Positions 63,479 through 64,000 of a stretch of 64,000 nt of DNA are shown piece by piece (positions within the stretch are counted from its first letter, which is position 1; each line of letters opens with the position of its first letter). This DNA comes from Sphyrna mokarran (Eukaryota). The notes beneath the pieces were generated by a model that did not search any database, had not been told where the DNA came from, and saw only the letters and a list, made by a program, of their open reading frames with translations. Location: contig JAGIQG010000011.1 of NCBI GenBank assembly GCA_024679065.1, forward strand, positions 7,378,001-7,442,000, in the 5' to 3' direction. The translations under genes and the position numbers were made by a program.

Positions 63479-64000
63479 ATGGACTACTCTCCGGAATCGG
63501 TTACATTCCTGGACACACACATCTCCAACAAGGATGGCCCCTCAGCACCTCACTGTACTGCAAGCCCACAGACACTGAAAGATGCCCTCATAAAAACAGG
63601 ATATAGTGCTCGACTCATCGATCGACAGTTGTGAATTACCACAGCGAGAAACCACACTGACCTCCTCAGAAGACAAACACGGAATATAGTGAACAGAGTA
63701 CCCTTCGTCATCCAGTACTTCCTGAGAGCGGAAAAGCTACAACGTCTTCTCCAGAGTCTTCAACATGTCATTGATGAAGATTAACATCTCACTAAGGCCA
63801 TCCCCACACCCCCACCTCTTGCCTTCAAATAACCGCACAATCTCAAACAGACCATTATTTGCAGCAAACTACCCAACCTTCAGGGAACAGTGACCACAAC
63901 GCCACACAACCCTGCCACAGCAACCTCTGCAAGACATGCTGGATCATCGACACAGATGCCATCATCATACGTGAGAACACCATCCACCAGGTATACGGTA
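63479..64000 (+). mobile_element. Penelope-like element, plus-strand segment (RT thumb/linker), running off the window
   Basis: DYSPESVTFLDTHIS...LSTSLYCKPT, then TLKDALIKTGYSARLIDRQ...CHSNLCKTC. Confidence 0.85.

Overview
Eukaryotic, repeat-rich vertebrate DNA, very probably from a shark or other elasmobranch (inferred from HE1/V-SINE-like SINEs, CR1 LINEs and Penelope-like elements). It has three assembly gaps. The only well-supported protein-coding gene is a complete four-exon CD28/CTLA-4-family T-cell co-receptor on the minus strand. Its exons are leader 54929-54866, IgV 42508-42152, stalk/TM 38626-38526 and tail 34105-33998, giving a 630-nt CDS (209 aa) with all introns GT-AG and phase-compatible. 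The protein has a variant LHPPPY ligand loop, a YxxxxT transmembrane motif and a YVNM tail motif. An ETS:RUNX/E-box/GATA promoter lies just upstream, and a cluster of four STAT GAS sites, two inside a perfect 20-bp hairpin, lies about 5 kb upstream. The rest is decayed LINEs, about 25 SINEs, Penelope-like GIY-YIG elements with hammerhead-like motifs in inverted terminal repeats (including a near-perfect 257-bp palindrome with a 12-bp TSD), a Harbinger-type Myb remnant, MITEs and minisatellites. Most ORF-track entries are spurious. Repeat boundaries are approximate and were read by eye; no database searches were run.
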